Below are positions 17,920 to 29,355 of a DNA stretch of 64,000 nt, one piece after another (position 1 is the stretch's first letter; each line of letters begins with the position of its first letter). The notes beneath the pieces were generated by a model. The model made no database searches. It had not been told where the DNA came from and saw only the letters and a list, made by a program, of their open reading frames with translations. A program made the translations under genes and the position numbers. The DNA comes from Rhizobacter sp. GTDB taxonomy: Bacteria > Pseudomonadota > Gammaproteobacteria > Burkholderiales > Burkholderiaceae_C. Location: positions 1,997-65,996 of the forward strand of contig JANXWV010000072.1 of assembly GCA_025350965.1 (NCBI GenBank), given 5' to 3'.

Positions 17920-18409
17920 CCATTGCAGGGATTTCCGAAGCAGTCAATGGATTTATTTTTCATTGCCAAGCCGAATTGAGTTTTGATTCGATGCGTGATG
18001 CGTGATGCGTGATGCGTGATTCGTGACGCGTGCTCGAAGGCGATGTCGAGACAGAGAACAGACTGCCACTCTACAGACGGCCTTGTTGCACCGAGCGCGT
18101 ATTGGTGGGTACTCAGGTCCCGGTGGGCTTGACGCTCAGATGGTTCGCATCGAACGCCTCGCCTCGTGTCATCACCGCCCACAGGATGCGGGGGTTCTTG
18201 TTGGCCAGCGCCACCACCGCCTTCTGCCAGCCCGAGGCCTCGCGCAGCGAGACCACCCCCGTCGAGATCTTGTCCTGTCTTCGGTGCGCCGTCATGACGG
18301 CCGACTTCGCCCCCTGGATCAGCAACGTGCGCAGGTAGGTGTCGCCTCGCTTGGTGATGCCGCTCAGGTTGTTCTTGCCACCACTGGAGCGCTGGCGTGG
18401 CGTCAGCCC
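17920..18409 (-). mobile_element. IS110-family (IS1111-like) remnant: transposase C-terminus (18113-18409) plus 3' non-coding end
   Basis: GLTPRQ.SSGGK..L.GITKRGD.YLRTLLIQGA and AVVALANKN.RILWA; followed by ~190 bp of non-coding sequence. Confidence 0.85.
17990..18031. repeat. 7-bp tandem repeat GATGCGT x4 plus 2 degenerate units
   Basis: Read directly. Confidence 0.9.
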
Positions 18410-18535
18410 TGTTGGCGCCGACCGTAAATTGACCGTGGGTCAAATTGAGATCGGCGCGGACAGATCGATGCGGGTTGGGCGCTGATCCAACCAAACTTGT
18501 CAACGCTGCAGCCAGCGGGTATTCTTCACTCCGCA

Positions 18536-18549
18536 TGAAAGCGATTTCA
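18536..18549. promoter_or_regulatory. LacI-type operator TGAAAGCGATTTCA (upstream of glk)
   Basis: Near-palindrome with central CG; one of 9 copies. Confidence 0.85.
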
Positions 18550-18572
18550 TAACAGACCAACGGAGCTGGCGC

Positions 18573-19586
18573 ATGACCCCCCAGGCAGAACCAACGAGTG
18601 CGGGGCATTTCCCCCGGCTCCTGGGCGACATCGGCGGCACGAATGCCCGCTTCGCCTGGCAGGCGAGCACGGGCGCGCCGCTCTCCGACGTGGCCGTGTA
18701 TATCTGCGACGCGCATCACGGCCTTCAGGATGCGATCCAAACCTACCTCGGCGCGCATGGCAAGGGCGTGCCGCGCGGCTGCGCGATCGCGATCGCCAAC
18801 CCGATCACCGGCGACCTCGTGCAGATGACCAACCGCGACTGGTCGTTCTCGATCACGGCGCTGCAGCGTGAACTCGGCATCGAGCGGCTGGAGGTCATCA
18901 ACGACTTCACTGCCGTGGCGCTGTCGCTGCCGGCGCTGGCAGCGCACGAACTTCGCCAGGTCGGTAGCGGCGCGGCCGTGCTGGGTGCGCCGATGGCCGT
19001 GCTCGGGCCGGGCACGGGCCTGGGCGTGTCCGGCCTCGTGCCGGTAGGCCCTGGGCAGGGCACGGTGATCTACGCGCCGCTGTCGGGCGAGGGCGGCCAC
19101 GTGACACTGTCGGCCAGCACCGAGCGCGAAGCGGCGGTCCTGCAGTGGCTGCACCAGCGCTTCGGCCACGCGTCGGCAGAGCGCGCGTTGTCGGGCCCCG
19201 GGCTGGTGAACCTGTACGAAACCGCTTGCGCCTTGTCGAGGCAAGCGGCCGGGCCGCTCGCGCCCGCCGAGGTGATCGAACTCGCGCGGCGCGGCACCGA
19301 CCCGGCCTGCGTGGCCGCACTCGACCTGTTCTGCAGCTTCCTCGGCAGCGTGGCCGGGAACCTGGCGCTGACGCTCGGTGCGCGAGGGGGCGTCTATGTG
19401 GGCGGCGGCATCGCGCCCAGGCTCGTCGCCGAGATCGAGCGCTCGTCGTTTCGTGAGCGCTTCGAGAGCAAGGGCCGCTTTCGCGGCTACTTGGCGAGCA
19501 TTCCGACCTTCATCATCGACGGCGGCGTGATCCCCGCGCTGGTCGGTGCGATGCGAGCGCTCGACGAGCCTGCGGGCCAGCAATGA
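18573..19586 (+). CDS. glk: Glucokinase
   Basis: LLGDIGGTNARFA, MTNRDW, INDFTA, GPGTGLG, GEGGH, AERALSGPGL and F..KGRF. Confidence 0.95.
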   Translation: MTPQAEPTSAGHFPRLLGDIGGTNARFAWQASTGAPLSDVAVYICDAHHGLQDAIQTYLGAHGKGVPRGCAIAIANPITGDLVQMTNRDWSFSITALQRELGIERLEVINDFTAVALSLPALAAHELRQVGSGAAVLGAPMAVLGPGTGLGVSGLVPVGPGQGTVIYAPLSGEGGHVTLSASTEREAAVLQWLHQRFGHASAERALSGPGLVNLYETACALSRQAAGPLAPAEVIELARRGTDPACVAALDLFCSFLGSVAGNLALTLGARGGVYVGGGIAPRLVAEIERSSFRERFESKGRFRGYLASIPTFIIDGGVIPALVGAMRALDEPAGQQ

Positions 19587-19679
19587 AGCGTTCGCCAGCG
19601 CGGGCGGGCTGCATTCTTTGCCGGGCTCTCGACACTGAGCACTTACACTCGCGCGCATTGCCATGCTGCAGTAACTGCC

Positions 19680-20735
19680 ATGAAACCAAACAACAAGAAC
19701 GGCGCGGGAACGCGGGCGGCGAGGCGCGCTGAAAGCGCTCCCGTTACGATCGGCATGGTGGCGCGGGCGGCGGGTGTGTCGGCAAGCACGATCTCGCGCA
19801 TCCTCAACGGGACCGCAGTGGTCAGCCAGCTGAAGACACTGGCGGTCGAAAAGGCGGTGGCCGAGCTGGGCTTCGTGCCCAACCCGGTCGCGCGGGGCCT
19901 GGCCGGTGGGCGCACCTTGAGCGTGGGCGTCGTGGCGCAGGTCATGGACAGCCCGTTCTACGGCGCGGCACTGCGCGGCATCGAAGACGTGCTTGACCCC
20001 GCCGGCTACAGCCCGCTGTTCGTCAGCGGGCACTGGGATGCCGGCAACGAAGCGCGGTGCATCGACGTTCTTCGCAGCCGGCGGGTCGACGGCATCATCG
20101 TCTTGACCGGCCGGCTCACCGACCAGGCCTTGAAGGCCTGCGCCAAGAACGTGCCGGTCGTCGTCACCGGTCGGGCATTGAAGGGGCCGGGCCTGTTTTC
20201 GCTCGACTTTGACAACTTCACCGGCGGGCAGATCGCGACCGAGCACCTGATCTTGCTCGGCCACCGGCGCATCGCGTTCGTCAACGGCGACCCGAAGCAC
20301 CCGGACGCGAGCGAGCGGCTGCGCGGCTACCGGGCCGCGCTCGATGCCGCCGGCATCGCCTACGACCCCGGCCTGGTGGTTCCGGGTGAATACAACGAAG
20401 TCAGCGGCCTGCTCGCAGTGAACCGCCTGCTCGAAGGGCAGCAGCAGTTCACTGCGATCTTCGCGGCCAACGACCAGATGGCGCTGGGCGCGGCCTTGGC
20501 GCTGCACCGCCGCTCGCTGCGCGTGCCGGAAGACATTTCGCTGGTCGGTTTCGACGACCTGCCGACGTCGCAGTACGCCATTCCGCCATTGAGCACGGTT
20601 CGCCACCCGGCGTACGAGATCGGGCGGCTCGCCGCCGCGTCGATGCTGCAGCTGCTGGCCGGCGACAAGCCGACCGAAAAGGCGCCCGCGCCGAGTTTCA
20701 TCCCGCGCGAATCGACGCGCCGCCTGCGCAGCTGA
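19680..20735 (+). CDS. LacI-family transcriptional regulator
   Basis: VTI..VARAAGVSASTISRILNG HTH; FAANDQMALGA, VPEDISLVGFDD, PPLSTV. Confidence 0.95.
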   Translation: MKPNNKNGAGTRAARRAESAPVTIGMVARAAGVSASTISRILNGTAVVSQLKTLAVEKAVAELGFVPNPVARGLAGGRTLSVGVVAQVMDSPFYGAALRGIEDVLDPAGYSPLFVSGHWDAGNEARCIDVLRSRRVDGIIVLTGRLTDQALKACAKNVPVVVTGRALKGPGLFSLDFDNFTGGQIATEHLILLGHRRIAFVNGDPKHPDASERLRGYRAALDAAGIAYDPGLVVPGEYNEVSGLLAVNRLLEGQQQFTAIFAANDQMALGAALALHRRSLRVPEDISLVGFDDLPTSQYAIPPLSTVRHPAYEIGRLAAASMLQLLAGDKPTEKAPAPSFIPRESTRRLRS

Positions 20736-20831
20736 GAGCGGGTTCGTCCGCAAGGCGGTGCACGGCTGGCGTGGCCGCACCCCCGTTGCATCGCGGGACC
20801 CTGTCAACTCTATCTGCGTGCTTTCCCTCGA

Positions 20832-20875
20832 TTGACACCCCCCACGACGCTTCATATACTTTGAAAGCGATTTCA
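20832..20875 (+). promoter_or_regulatory. Sigma70 promoter (TTGACA-17-TATACT) followed by LacI operator at 20862-20875
   Basis: -35 at 20832-20837, -10 at 20855-20860; the operator TGAAAGCGATTTCA covers the expected +1. Confidence 0.88.
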
Positions 20876-20956
20876 AATTGGCCTGGCCGGGCCCATGGCG
20901 CCAGTCTCCCCGGTCGATGACGGCAGGGCGTTGCACTGCCAACACTGGAGACCAGG

Positions 20957-22240
20957 ATGCGGGAAAGAATTCAGCGGGGCAGGCTACGCTGGCGCAGTTC
21001 CTGGCTGTGCCTGAGCCCGTGTTTGTTGGTGCTGTCGGCGGCCAACGTGCAGGCGCAGCAGTCGTTGATCGTCGCGGCCTATCCAGCGGTCGACGAAATC
21101 GTCAAGTCGGCGCTTCCGGCATGGAAGCGCTTGCACCCGAACGTGGAAGTCAAGGTCGTGAGCCGGCAGTTCACCGACCATCACACCGCCATGACAACGG
21201 CGCTGTCGACCTCTTTCTACCTGCCCGACGTGATGGCGCTCGAGGTCGGCTACGTGGGCCGCTTTGCGCAAGGCGGCGGGCTCGACGACCTGTCGAAGCC
21301 GCCCTACGACATCAAGCGTTTCGAGTCGCGTTGGGTTGCGTACGCGTTGCAGCAGGCGACCAACCGGAAGGGCGCCATCGTGGCGGCCCCGACCGACATC
21401 GGCCCCGGCACCTTGCTGTACCGCGCCGACCTGCTGGCCAAGGCCGGTGTCGGCGAGGCCGAGCTGACGCAGTCCTGGGAAAGCTACGTGGCCACGGGCG
21501 CCAAGATCAAGGCGGCCACCGGCGCTTACCTGATGGCCCATGCGCGCGACATGAAAGACATCATCATCCGCACCGGCATTCAGCCCGGCGAGGGCCTGTA
21601 CTTCGACAGCCAGTCGAACGTGCTGGTCACTTCGCCGCGCTTCGTGCGGGCCTTCGAGCTGGCGCGCAAAGTCCGCCAGGGCAAGCTCGACGCCCGCGTC
21701 GGCGCCTGGTCGAACGAGTGGTCCGAAGGCTTTAAGCGCGGCACCATCGCGACCCAGCTGACCGGCGCATGGCTGGCCGGCCACATGAACAACTGGCTCG
21801 CTCCGAACACCGCCGGCCTGTGGCGCGCGGCGCAGTTGCCTGGAGGCGCTTTTGCGGCCTACGGCGGCACGTTCTTCGCGATCCCGCGGGCCACGCCGGC
21901 GGCGAACAAGCCGCTGGCATGGGAGTTCGTCCAGTTGATGACGCTCGACCGCAACGTGCAGCTCAGCGCGTTCAAGTCGCAGGATGCGTTTCCCGCCCTG
22001 CTCGAAACCTACGACGACCCGTTCTTCGACCAGCCGATCAAGTTCCTCGGCGGTGAAGTTGCGCGCGTCGGCTGGCGCGCTGCCGCGAAGCGCATCACCG
22101 CCGTCACCGTGCACAAGCAGGACGCCTTCGCCGATGAAGTCATCAACACCGAACTCGACAAGGTGCTCGACCGCAACAAGGACATCGCGACCGCGCTGGC
22201 CGATGCGCAGCGCCTGTTGCAGCAGCGTGCGCACCGCTGA
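20957..22240 (+). CDS. Carbohydrate ABC transporter substrate-binding protein
   Basis: Signal peptide, PDVMALE, P.DIGP..L.YR.D and GGTFFAIP. Confidence 0.92.
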   Translation: MRERIQRGRLRWRSSWLCLSPCLLVLSAANVQAQQSLIVAAYPAVDEIVKSALPAWKRLHPNVEVKVVSRQFTDHHTAMTTALSTSFYLPDVMALEVGYVGRFAQGGGLDDLSKPPYDIKRFESRWVAYALQQATNRKGAIVAAPTDIGPGTLLYRADLLAKAGVGEAELTQSWESYVATGAKIKAATGAYLMAHARDMKDIIIRTGIQPGEGLYFDSQSNVLVTSPRFVRAFELARKVRQGKLDARVGAWSNEWSEGFKRGTIATQLTGAWLAGHMNNWLAPNTAGLWRAAQLPGGAFAAYGGTFFAIPRATPAANKPLAWEFVQLMTLDRNVQLSAFKSQDAFPALLETYDDPFFDQPIKFLGGEVARVGWRAAAKRITAVTVHKQDAFADEVINTELDKVLDRNKDIATALADAQRLLQQRAHR

Positions 22241-22293
22241 GCCGGGCGCCGCCGCGCCCGCCTGCCCGCACTGAACCACCCTACCGGCCCGCC

Positions 22294-23229
22294 ATGAAGC
22301 TGCCTGCTGCCTTGCGCCTGTCGCCCGAATGGGCGCCCTACGTGTTCCTGAGCCCGTTCGTGGTTCTGTTTGCGGTGTTCGGCGTGTTCCCGCTCGGGTT
22401 CTCTCTCTACCTGGCCTTCCAGTCGTGGGAGCCGACCAGCGGCCTGGGCGCCATGGAATTCGTCGGGTTCGACAACTACGTCTTCGCCCTGAAAGACGAG
22501 TGGTTCTGGAAGTCGCTCAAGAACACGGCCTGGCTCGCGATTGCCTCGGGCGTGCCGCAACACGTGGTGGCCATTCCGCTGGCGTATTTCATTCACTCGT
22601 CGTTCAAGACCTTGCGCAACGGTGTCGTGGGGGCGTACTTCATGCCCTACATCACCTCGACCGTGGCGATCGCGATCCTCTTCAGCTCGCTGTTCTCCAC
22701 CGACTACGGCTTGATCAACGTCGGCATCAACATGCTGGCCCAGGTGCCGGTGTTGTCGTGGTTCATGCCCGCCAACCCGGTCGATTGGCTGAACGACCCG
22801 ACCAGCATCAAGCCGGCCATCGCAATGATCGTGTTCTGGCGCTATGTCGGCTTCAACGTGGTGCTCTACCTGGCTGCGCTGCAGACCATTCCAGCCGACA
22901 TCTACGAGGCCGCCACGATGGACGGCGCCGGCCGGCTGCAGCAGTTCTTCCACATCACGCTGCCGAGCCTGAAGCCGATGATCTTCTTCGGCGTCACCTT
23001 GTCCGTCATCGGCGGCCTGCAGCTGTTCGAAGAGCCGTTCATCCTGACCGGTGGGCGCGGCGGCTCCGACCAGTCGGGCATGACGACCGCGATCTACCTC
23101 TACCGCATGGCCTTCGACTTCAACGACTTCGGCGCTGCAAGCGCCATGTCGTGGTTGCTGTTCGTCGTGGTCGTCGTGCTGACCTGGCTGACCAACCGCG
23201 CCTTCCGGCCGCGCGGCCCGTCGGCCTGA
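22294..23229 (+). CDS. Carbohydrate ABC transporter permease
   Basis: FVGFDNY, YEAATMDGA (EAA loop), ITLP.LKP. Confidence 0.93.
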   Translation: MKLPAALRLSPEWAPYVFLSPFVVLFAVFGVFPLGFSLYLAFQSWEPTSGLGAMEFVGFDNYVFALKDEWFWKSLKNTAWLAIASGVPQHVVAIPLAYFIHSSFKTLRNGVVGAYFMPYITSTVAIAILFSSLFSTDYGLINVGINMLAQVPVLSWFMPANPVDWLNDPTSIKPAIAMIVFWRYVGFNVVLYLAALQTIPADIYEAATMDGAGRLQQFFHITLPSLKPMIFFGVTLSVIGGLQLFEEPFILTGGRGGSDQSGMTTAIYLYRMAFDFNDFGAASAMSWLLFVVVVVLTWLTNRAFRPRGPSA

Positions 23230-23252
23230 CACCCTGACTCGCGAACCGAACC

Positions 23253-24083
23253 ATGAAGATCACTTCAGATCGCCTGGCCCCCTGGGCGGCCTATGTTGTT
23301 GTCGGTGTGGGTGCACTTATCATGCTGGCGCCGTTCTATTTCATGTTCGTGTTCGCGACCCATTCGCGCACCGAGATCTTCAGCCTGCCGCCACCGCTGT
23401 TCTTCGGCGACGATTTCCTGAGCAACCTGAAGATCCTGACCGACCGCATGCCGTTCTGGCGCAACCTGGGCTGGAGCCTGTACGTGGCGCTGGCGTCCAC
23501 GCTGCTCACGCTGCTGTTCTGCTCGCTCGGCGGCTACGCCTTCGCGATGTTCGAATTCAAGTTCAAGAACGCGCTGTTCGGCCTGGTGATGGGCACGATG
23601 CTGTTGCCCTCGTTCATGAACATGATCCCGACCTTCATGATCATGGACGCGCTGGGCTGGATCGACCAGCCCAAGGCGCTGTACATCCCCGGCGCGGCCA
23701 GCGCCTTCGGCATCTTCCTGATGCGCCAGTTCGTGTCATCGTCGATCCCCAAAGAACTGATCGAGGCAGCGCGCATGGACGGCTGCGGCGAGCTGAGCAT
23801 CTACGCCCGCATCGTGCTCCCCTTGCTCAAGCCGGCACTCGGCACGCTCGGGCTGATCACATTCATCGCGTCGTGGAACAACTTCATCGGGCCGCTGATC
23901 GTGATGCGCAGCCCCGAGATGTACACCTTGCCACTGGCCCTGCGCAGCCTGCAAAGCCCGGTCAACACCGAGTGGGGTGCGCTCATGACCGGCTCGGCCA
24001 TCGCCACCTTGCCGCTGGTGGTCTTGTTCGTGCTTTCGTCGCGCCAATTGATCTCCGGCCTGACCGCCGGTGCCGTGAAGTGA
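23253..24083 (+). CDS. Carbohydrate ABC transporter permease
   Basis: ELIEAARMDGC, WNNF..PL and YTLPLAL. Confidence 0.93.
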   Translation: MKITSDRLAPWAAYVVVGVGALIMLAPFYFMFVFATHSRTEIFSLPPPLFFGDDFLSNLKILTDRMPFWRNLGWSLYVALASTLLTLLFCSLGGYAFAMFEFKFKNALFGLVMGTMLLPSFMNMIPTFMIMDALGWIDQPKALYIPGAASAFGIFLMRQFVSSSIPKELIEAARMDGCGELSIYARIVLPLLKPALGTLGLITFIASWNNFIGPLIVMRSPEMYTLPLALRSLQSPVNTEWGALMTGSAIATLPLVVLFVLSSRQLISGLTAGAVK

Positions 24084-24096
24084 TCCCAAGGAACAC

Positions 24097-25470
24097 ATGA
24101 GCCTGCCCACCGTGTTTGACTCGAAGTCACCGTTCCCCGCTGACTTCGTCTGGGGCGTGGCCACCAGTGCCTACCAGATCGAGGGTGCAGCCGCCGAAGA
24201 CGGCAAGGGCCCGTCGATCTGGGACGAGTTCTGCCGCCGCCCGGGCGTGATCGCCGACGACAGCAATGGCGATATGGCCTGCGACCACTATCACCGCTGG
24301 GAGTCCGACCTCGAGCTGATCAAAGGCCTGGGCGTCGATGCCTACCGCTTCTCGGTGTCGTGGCCGCGCGTGCGCCCGGGGGGGGCGGGCGCGTGGAACG
24401 AGAAGGGCCTCGACTTCTACGAACGCCTGGTCGACGGCCTGCTGGCGCGCGGCATCCAGCCCTACCTGACGCTCAACCACTGGGACCTGCCGGCCGAGTT
24501 GCAGGCGAACGGCGGCTGGGCCAACCGCGACACGGTGCACCGCTTCGTCGAATACGCGAGCGGCGTGGCGCGCCGAATGGGAAACAGGGTCAGCGCCTTC
24601 ACCACGCACAACGAGCCGTGGGTGATTGCCACGCTGGGCTATGACAAGGGCATCTTCGCCCCGGGCGTCAAGAGCCACGCGCAGGCGGCGCAGGCAGCGC
24701 ACCACCTGTTGCTCAGCCACGGCCTGGCCTTGCAGGCGCTGCGCGCGCAGGGCTGCAAGAGCCGGCTGGGCATCGTGCTCAACCTGTCGCCGCTGCTGCC
24801 CGCCACCGCCAGCGAGGCCGACCACCTCAAGACGCGCCTCGAAGACGGCCGCTCGGTGCGCTGGTACATGGACCCGCTCTTCAAGGGCAGCTACCCGGCC
24901 GACGTGCTCGAGTTCATGGGGGCCGACGCGCCGAAAGTCGTGCCCGGCGACATGGCCACCATCGCCACAAAGATGGACTTCCTTGGCGTCAACTACTACA
25001 CGCGGCACATCGTCAGCGCCAACGAAACCTGGGACGCCCACGACAGCGGCTACGACGTGACCGACATGGGCTGGGAGGTCTACCCCGAAGGCCTGACCGA
25101 CCTGCTGCTGCGCCTGCACCACGACTACCCGGTGCCGCCGATGTACGTGAAGGAGAACGGCGCCGCCTTCAAGGACGAACTGGACGGCGGGCGCATTCGC
25201 GACGTGCAGCGCACCGACTACATCGCCCGTCACATCGAGGCGGTGGCCGAGGCCATTCGGCGCGGCGTGCGCATGCACGGCTACATGGTGTGGAGCCTGC
25301 TCGACAACTTCGAGTGGGCCTCGGGCTATGAAAAGCGCTTCGGCATCGTGCATGTCGACTACGAGACGCAGCGCCGAACCCTCAAGGACAGTGCGCTGTG
25401 GTACCGGGATTTCCTGCAGCGACAGAACGCCGCGCGCACGCAGCGCAGCGCGCAAGCAATCGGAGTTTGA
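24097..25470 (+). CDS. GH1 beta-glucosidase
   Basis: WGVATSAYQIEG, YRFSVSWPR, THNEP, KENG and WSLLDNFEWA.GY..RFG. Confidence 0.95.
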   Translation: MSLPTVFDSKSPFPADFVWGVATSAYQIEGAAAEDGKGPSIWDEFCRRPGVIADDSNGDMACDHYHRWESDLELIKGLGVDAYRFSVSWPRVRPGGAGAWNEKGLDFYERLVDGLLARGIQPYLTLNHWDLPAELQANGGWANRDTVHRFVEYASGVARRMGNRVSAFTTHNEPWVIATLGYDKGIFAPGVKSHAQAAQAAHHLLLSHGLALQALRAQGCKSRLGIVLNLSPLLPATASEADHLKTRLEDGRSVRWYMDPLFKGSYPADVLEFMGADAPKVVPGDMATIATKMDFLGVNYYTRHIVSANETWDAHDSGYDVTDMGWEVYPEGLTDLLLRLHHDYPVPPMYVKENGAAFKDELDGGRIRDVQRTDYIARHIEAVAEAIRRGVRMHGYMVWSLLDNFEWASGYEKRFGIVHVDYETQRRTLKDSALWYRDFLQRQNAARTQRSAQAIGV

Positions 25471-25471
25471 G

Positions 25472-26523
<1,052 letters not shown>

Positions 26524-26527
<4 letters not shown>

Positions 26528-27426
26528 ACCGGGGTTCAGCCGTGAGCCCGTGGGTGATGGTCTGGCACGACGAGTTCGAAGGCGACCGTGTCGACCCCGC
26601 CAAATGGGACTTCGACATCGGCAACGGTTTCTACGACTACCGCAGCAACCTCTGGATTGCCGGCTGGGGCAACGAGGAGCTGCAGTACTACACGGCCGAG
26701 CCCGCCAACGTGACGGTCAAGGACAGCCTGCTCACGATCCGCGCGGTGAAGGAATCGCTGCACGGTTGTGGCTACACCTCGGCGCGGCTGAAGACGAAGA
26801 AGCGCGACGGCACGCTGCTCTTCAGCACGCTCTATGGGCGCGTCGAGTTCCGCGCCAAGGTGCCGTGGGGCAAGGGCTTGTGGCCAGCGCTGTGGATGCT
26901 GCCGGCGTCTGACGCCTACGGCGGCTGGGCCGCGTCGGGTGAGATCGACCTGATGGAGATCGTGGGCGACAAACCGCATGAGGTGCTGTCCAGCCTGCAC
27001 TACGGCTCGGGCTACCCGAAGCGCACGCTGCACACCAACGTGCACCCGTTGCCGGGCAACAGCAGCGTGTCGGACTGGCATGTCTACGCGGCCGAGTGGG
27101 AGCCCGGCGAAATTCGCTTCTACGTGGACGATGTGCTCGCGGCAACCGAACGCTTCTGGTGGAGTTGCAGCAAGACGCGGGACGGCGCCGGGCTCGAAGC
27201 GCGGCGCGCATCCGACCTCAACCCGTGGCCAGCGCCGTACGACCAGCCCTTCTACCTGCTGATGAACGTGGCGGTGGGTGGCGACTTCCCCGGTGTTCCG
27301 ACCCCCGAGACGCAGTTCCCGGCCGAACTGGTGGTCGACTACGTGCGGGTGTACGACAAGGTCGGTGGCTACGGCGAGGCCAAGCCGATCGGGGCGGGCC
27401 GCTTCCCCTGGCAGAAACAACGATGA
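26524..27426 (+). CDS. GH16 laminarinase-like endo-beta-1,3-glucanase (no signal peptide)
   Basis: WHDEF, GWGNEELQYY, WPALWM, GEIDLME catalytic motif and VDYVRVY. Confidence 0.92.
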
Positions 27427-28334
27427 GCCGCGAACTCGACAGACGCACGCCATGGTTGTCAGCGCCGCCCGCGCCGCCGCCGCTGCCCCTTGATGCTGCA
27501 GCGCGCACTGCGCTCGACCACGCGTTCGCCGCGCTGCTGCACGCCGGTGTCAACGGCCTGTGCTTCAGCCCCTACCTCGAAGGCCAGGCACCGGGCGCGC
27601 AGATCAGCGAAGCGCAGATCCGCGAAAGGCTGGCGGTGATCCGGCCGCACACGCGCTGGGTTCGCAGCTTCTCGTGCACCGACGGCCACGAACACACGCC
27701 GCGCATCGCCCACGAGCTCGGCATGAAGACGCTCGTCGGCGCGTGGCTCGGGACCGACCTGGCCATCAACGAGCGCGAGATCGAAGGCGTGATCGCTGTC
27801 GCGCGTGCCGGCCATGCCGACATCGTGGCCGTGGGCAACGAGGTGATGCTGCGCGAAGACATGACCGAAGACGCGCTGCTGGCCTACCTTGCGCGCGTGA
27901 AGCAGGCGCTGCCGGGTGTCGAGGTGGGCTATGTCGACGCCTACTTCCTGTTCGAGAAACACCCGCGCATCACTGCAGCCTGCGACGTGGTGCTGACCAA
28001 CTGCTACCCGTTCTGGGAAGGCTGCCCGCGCGAGCAGGCACTGGCCTACATGCAGACCATGCTGCAGCGCACGCGGGCGGCGGCGCCGGGCAAACGCATC
28101 GTCATCAGTGAGACCGGCTGGCCCGACCAGGGCAGTGCGTTCCATGGCGCGCACCCCTCGGTGGAAGGCGCGATGAAATACTTCGTCGACACCATGACCT
28201 GGGCGCAGCAAGACGGCGTCGAGGTGTTCTGGTTCGCCGCCTTCGACGAGGCCTGGAAGGTTGGCGCCGAAGGTGATGTCGGCGCGTTCTGGGGCCTGTG
28301 GGACAAGGACGCCCGCCCGAAGTTCACGGCATGA
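27423..28334 (+). CDS. GH17-family glycoside hydrolase (no signal peptide)
   Basis: CFSPY..GQ, VAVGNE, VISETGWP and FDEAWK....G.VG..WG.W. Confidence 0.88.
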   Translation: MSRELDRRTPWLSAPPAPPPLPLDAAARTALDHAFAALLHAGVNGLCFSPYLEGQAPGAQISEAQIRERLAVIRPHTRWVRSFSCTDGHEHTPRIAHELGMKTLVGAWLGTDLAINEREIEGVIAVARAGHADIVAVGNEVMLREDMTEDALLAYLARVKQALPGVEVGYVDAYFLFEKHPRITAACDVVLTNCYPFWEGCPREQALAYMQTMLQRTRAAAPGKRIVISETGWPDQGSAFHGAHPSVEGAMKYFVDTMTWAQQDGVEVFWFAAFDEAWKVGAEGDVGAFWGLWDKDARPKFTA

Positions 28335-29296
28335 CGCCAACACGGCATGACGGCGACACGACGGCGACGTTGAAGCCACCGAACCTGCTGAACCTTCCGA
28401 CAGGCCGCGCCATCTGCTACTCCGGCTACCGCCACGGCCAAAGCCCCGACAGCAAGGTCTACCCGTCGCACGAAGAGATCCGCGAAGACCTGCTCATCCT
28501 GGCGCCGCAGTGGCCGGTGCTGCGCCTGTACGACTGCAGCGTGCATGCCGAGCGCGTGCTCGACGTCATTCGCACGGACCGGCTGCCTTTCAAGGTGATG
28601 CTCGGCGCCTGCATCGGGCCGGAGGTCAACAACCCCGGCTGCCCCTGGGGCGCGACGTATACCGACGAGCAACTGCGCGCGAGCGTGGCCGAGAACGAAG
28701 CCGAGGTCGGGCGCTTGATCGCGCTGGCCAACGCCCACCCGGACACCGTGTTCTCGGTGGCGGTCGGCAACGAGGCCACGGTCGACTGGACCGACCACCT
28801 CGTGCCGGTGCACCGCATGGTCGAGCATGTGCGGCGCGTCAAGCAGCATGTTCAACAGCCGGTCACGTTCTGCGAGAACTATGTGCCGTGGCAAGCCAAG
28901 CTCAGTGAGCTCGCGGTCGAAGTCGATTTCATTTCGCTGCACACCTACCCGCTGTGGGAATACAAGTCGGCGGTCGAGGCCATTGCCTACACGCGTGCCA
29001 ACTACGACAGCGTGGCGCGGCTGTACGCGGGCAAGCCGGTGGTGATTACCGAAGCCGGCTGGTGCACCCAGAGCAACGGCCGCGGCATGAATGCCGCGCA
29101 CGCCAACCCGCAGTCGCAAGCCGCGTACTTGCGCGACCTGATGCACTGGACCGACGAGGCCGGCATTCTGTGCTTCGTGTTCGAGGCCTTCGACGAGCCC
29201 TGGAAGGGCTCGGCCGACCCGCTGGAGCCGGAAAAGCACTGGGGCCTGTACACAGTGGACCGGACGCCCAAATTGGCGATGACCGCCTGGCCATGA
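28331..29296 (+). CDS. GH17-family glycoside hydrolase (no signal peptide)
   Basis: AICYSGYR.GQ.P, VAVGNEA, HTYP, ITEAGW and FEAFDEPWK..EKHWG. Confidence 0.88.
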   Translation: MTPTRHDGDTTATLKPPNLLNLPTGRAICYSGYRHGQSPDSKVYPSHEEIREDLLILAPQWPVLRLYDCSVHAERVLDVIRTDRLPFKVMLGACIGPEVNNPGCPWGATYTDEQLRASVAENEAEVGRLIALANAHPDTVFSVAVGNEATVDWTDHLVPVHRMVEHVRRVKQHVQQPVTFCENYVPWQAKLSELAVEVDFISLHTYPLWEYKSAVEAIAYTRANYDSVARLYAGKPVVITEAGWCTQSNGRGMNAAHANPQSQAAYLRDLMHWTDEAGILCFVFEAFDEPWKGSADPLEPEKHWGLYTVDRTPKLAMTAWP

Positions 29297-29355
29297 AGCG
29301 CGGGCAATTCGTCCATTCCCGGCCCGATTCATTCCCATCAACCCAGGAGAACCGC

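Noticed and set aside
19730-19743. Partial operator TGAAAGCGCTCCCG in the lacI 5' region (and TGAAAGCGATGAGC near 16423)
   Set aside because: Only half-sites and inside coding sequence; not counted, although weak autoregulation cannot be excluded.
17901-20945. Long alternative-frame ORFs (e.g. 1014 aa here, also 2767-4581, 6764-8926, 35066-37522, 39383-41431)
   Set aside because: High-GC shadow ORFs overlapping well-supported genes, with no recognisable motifs.
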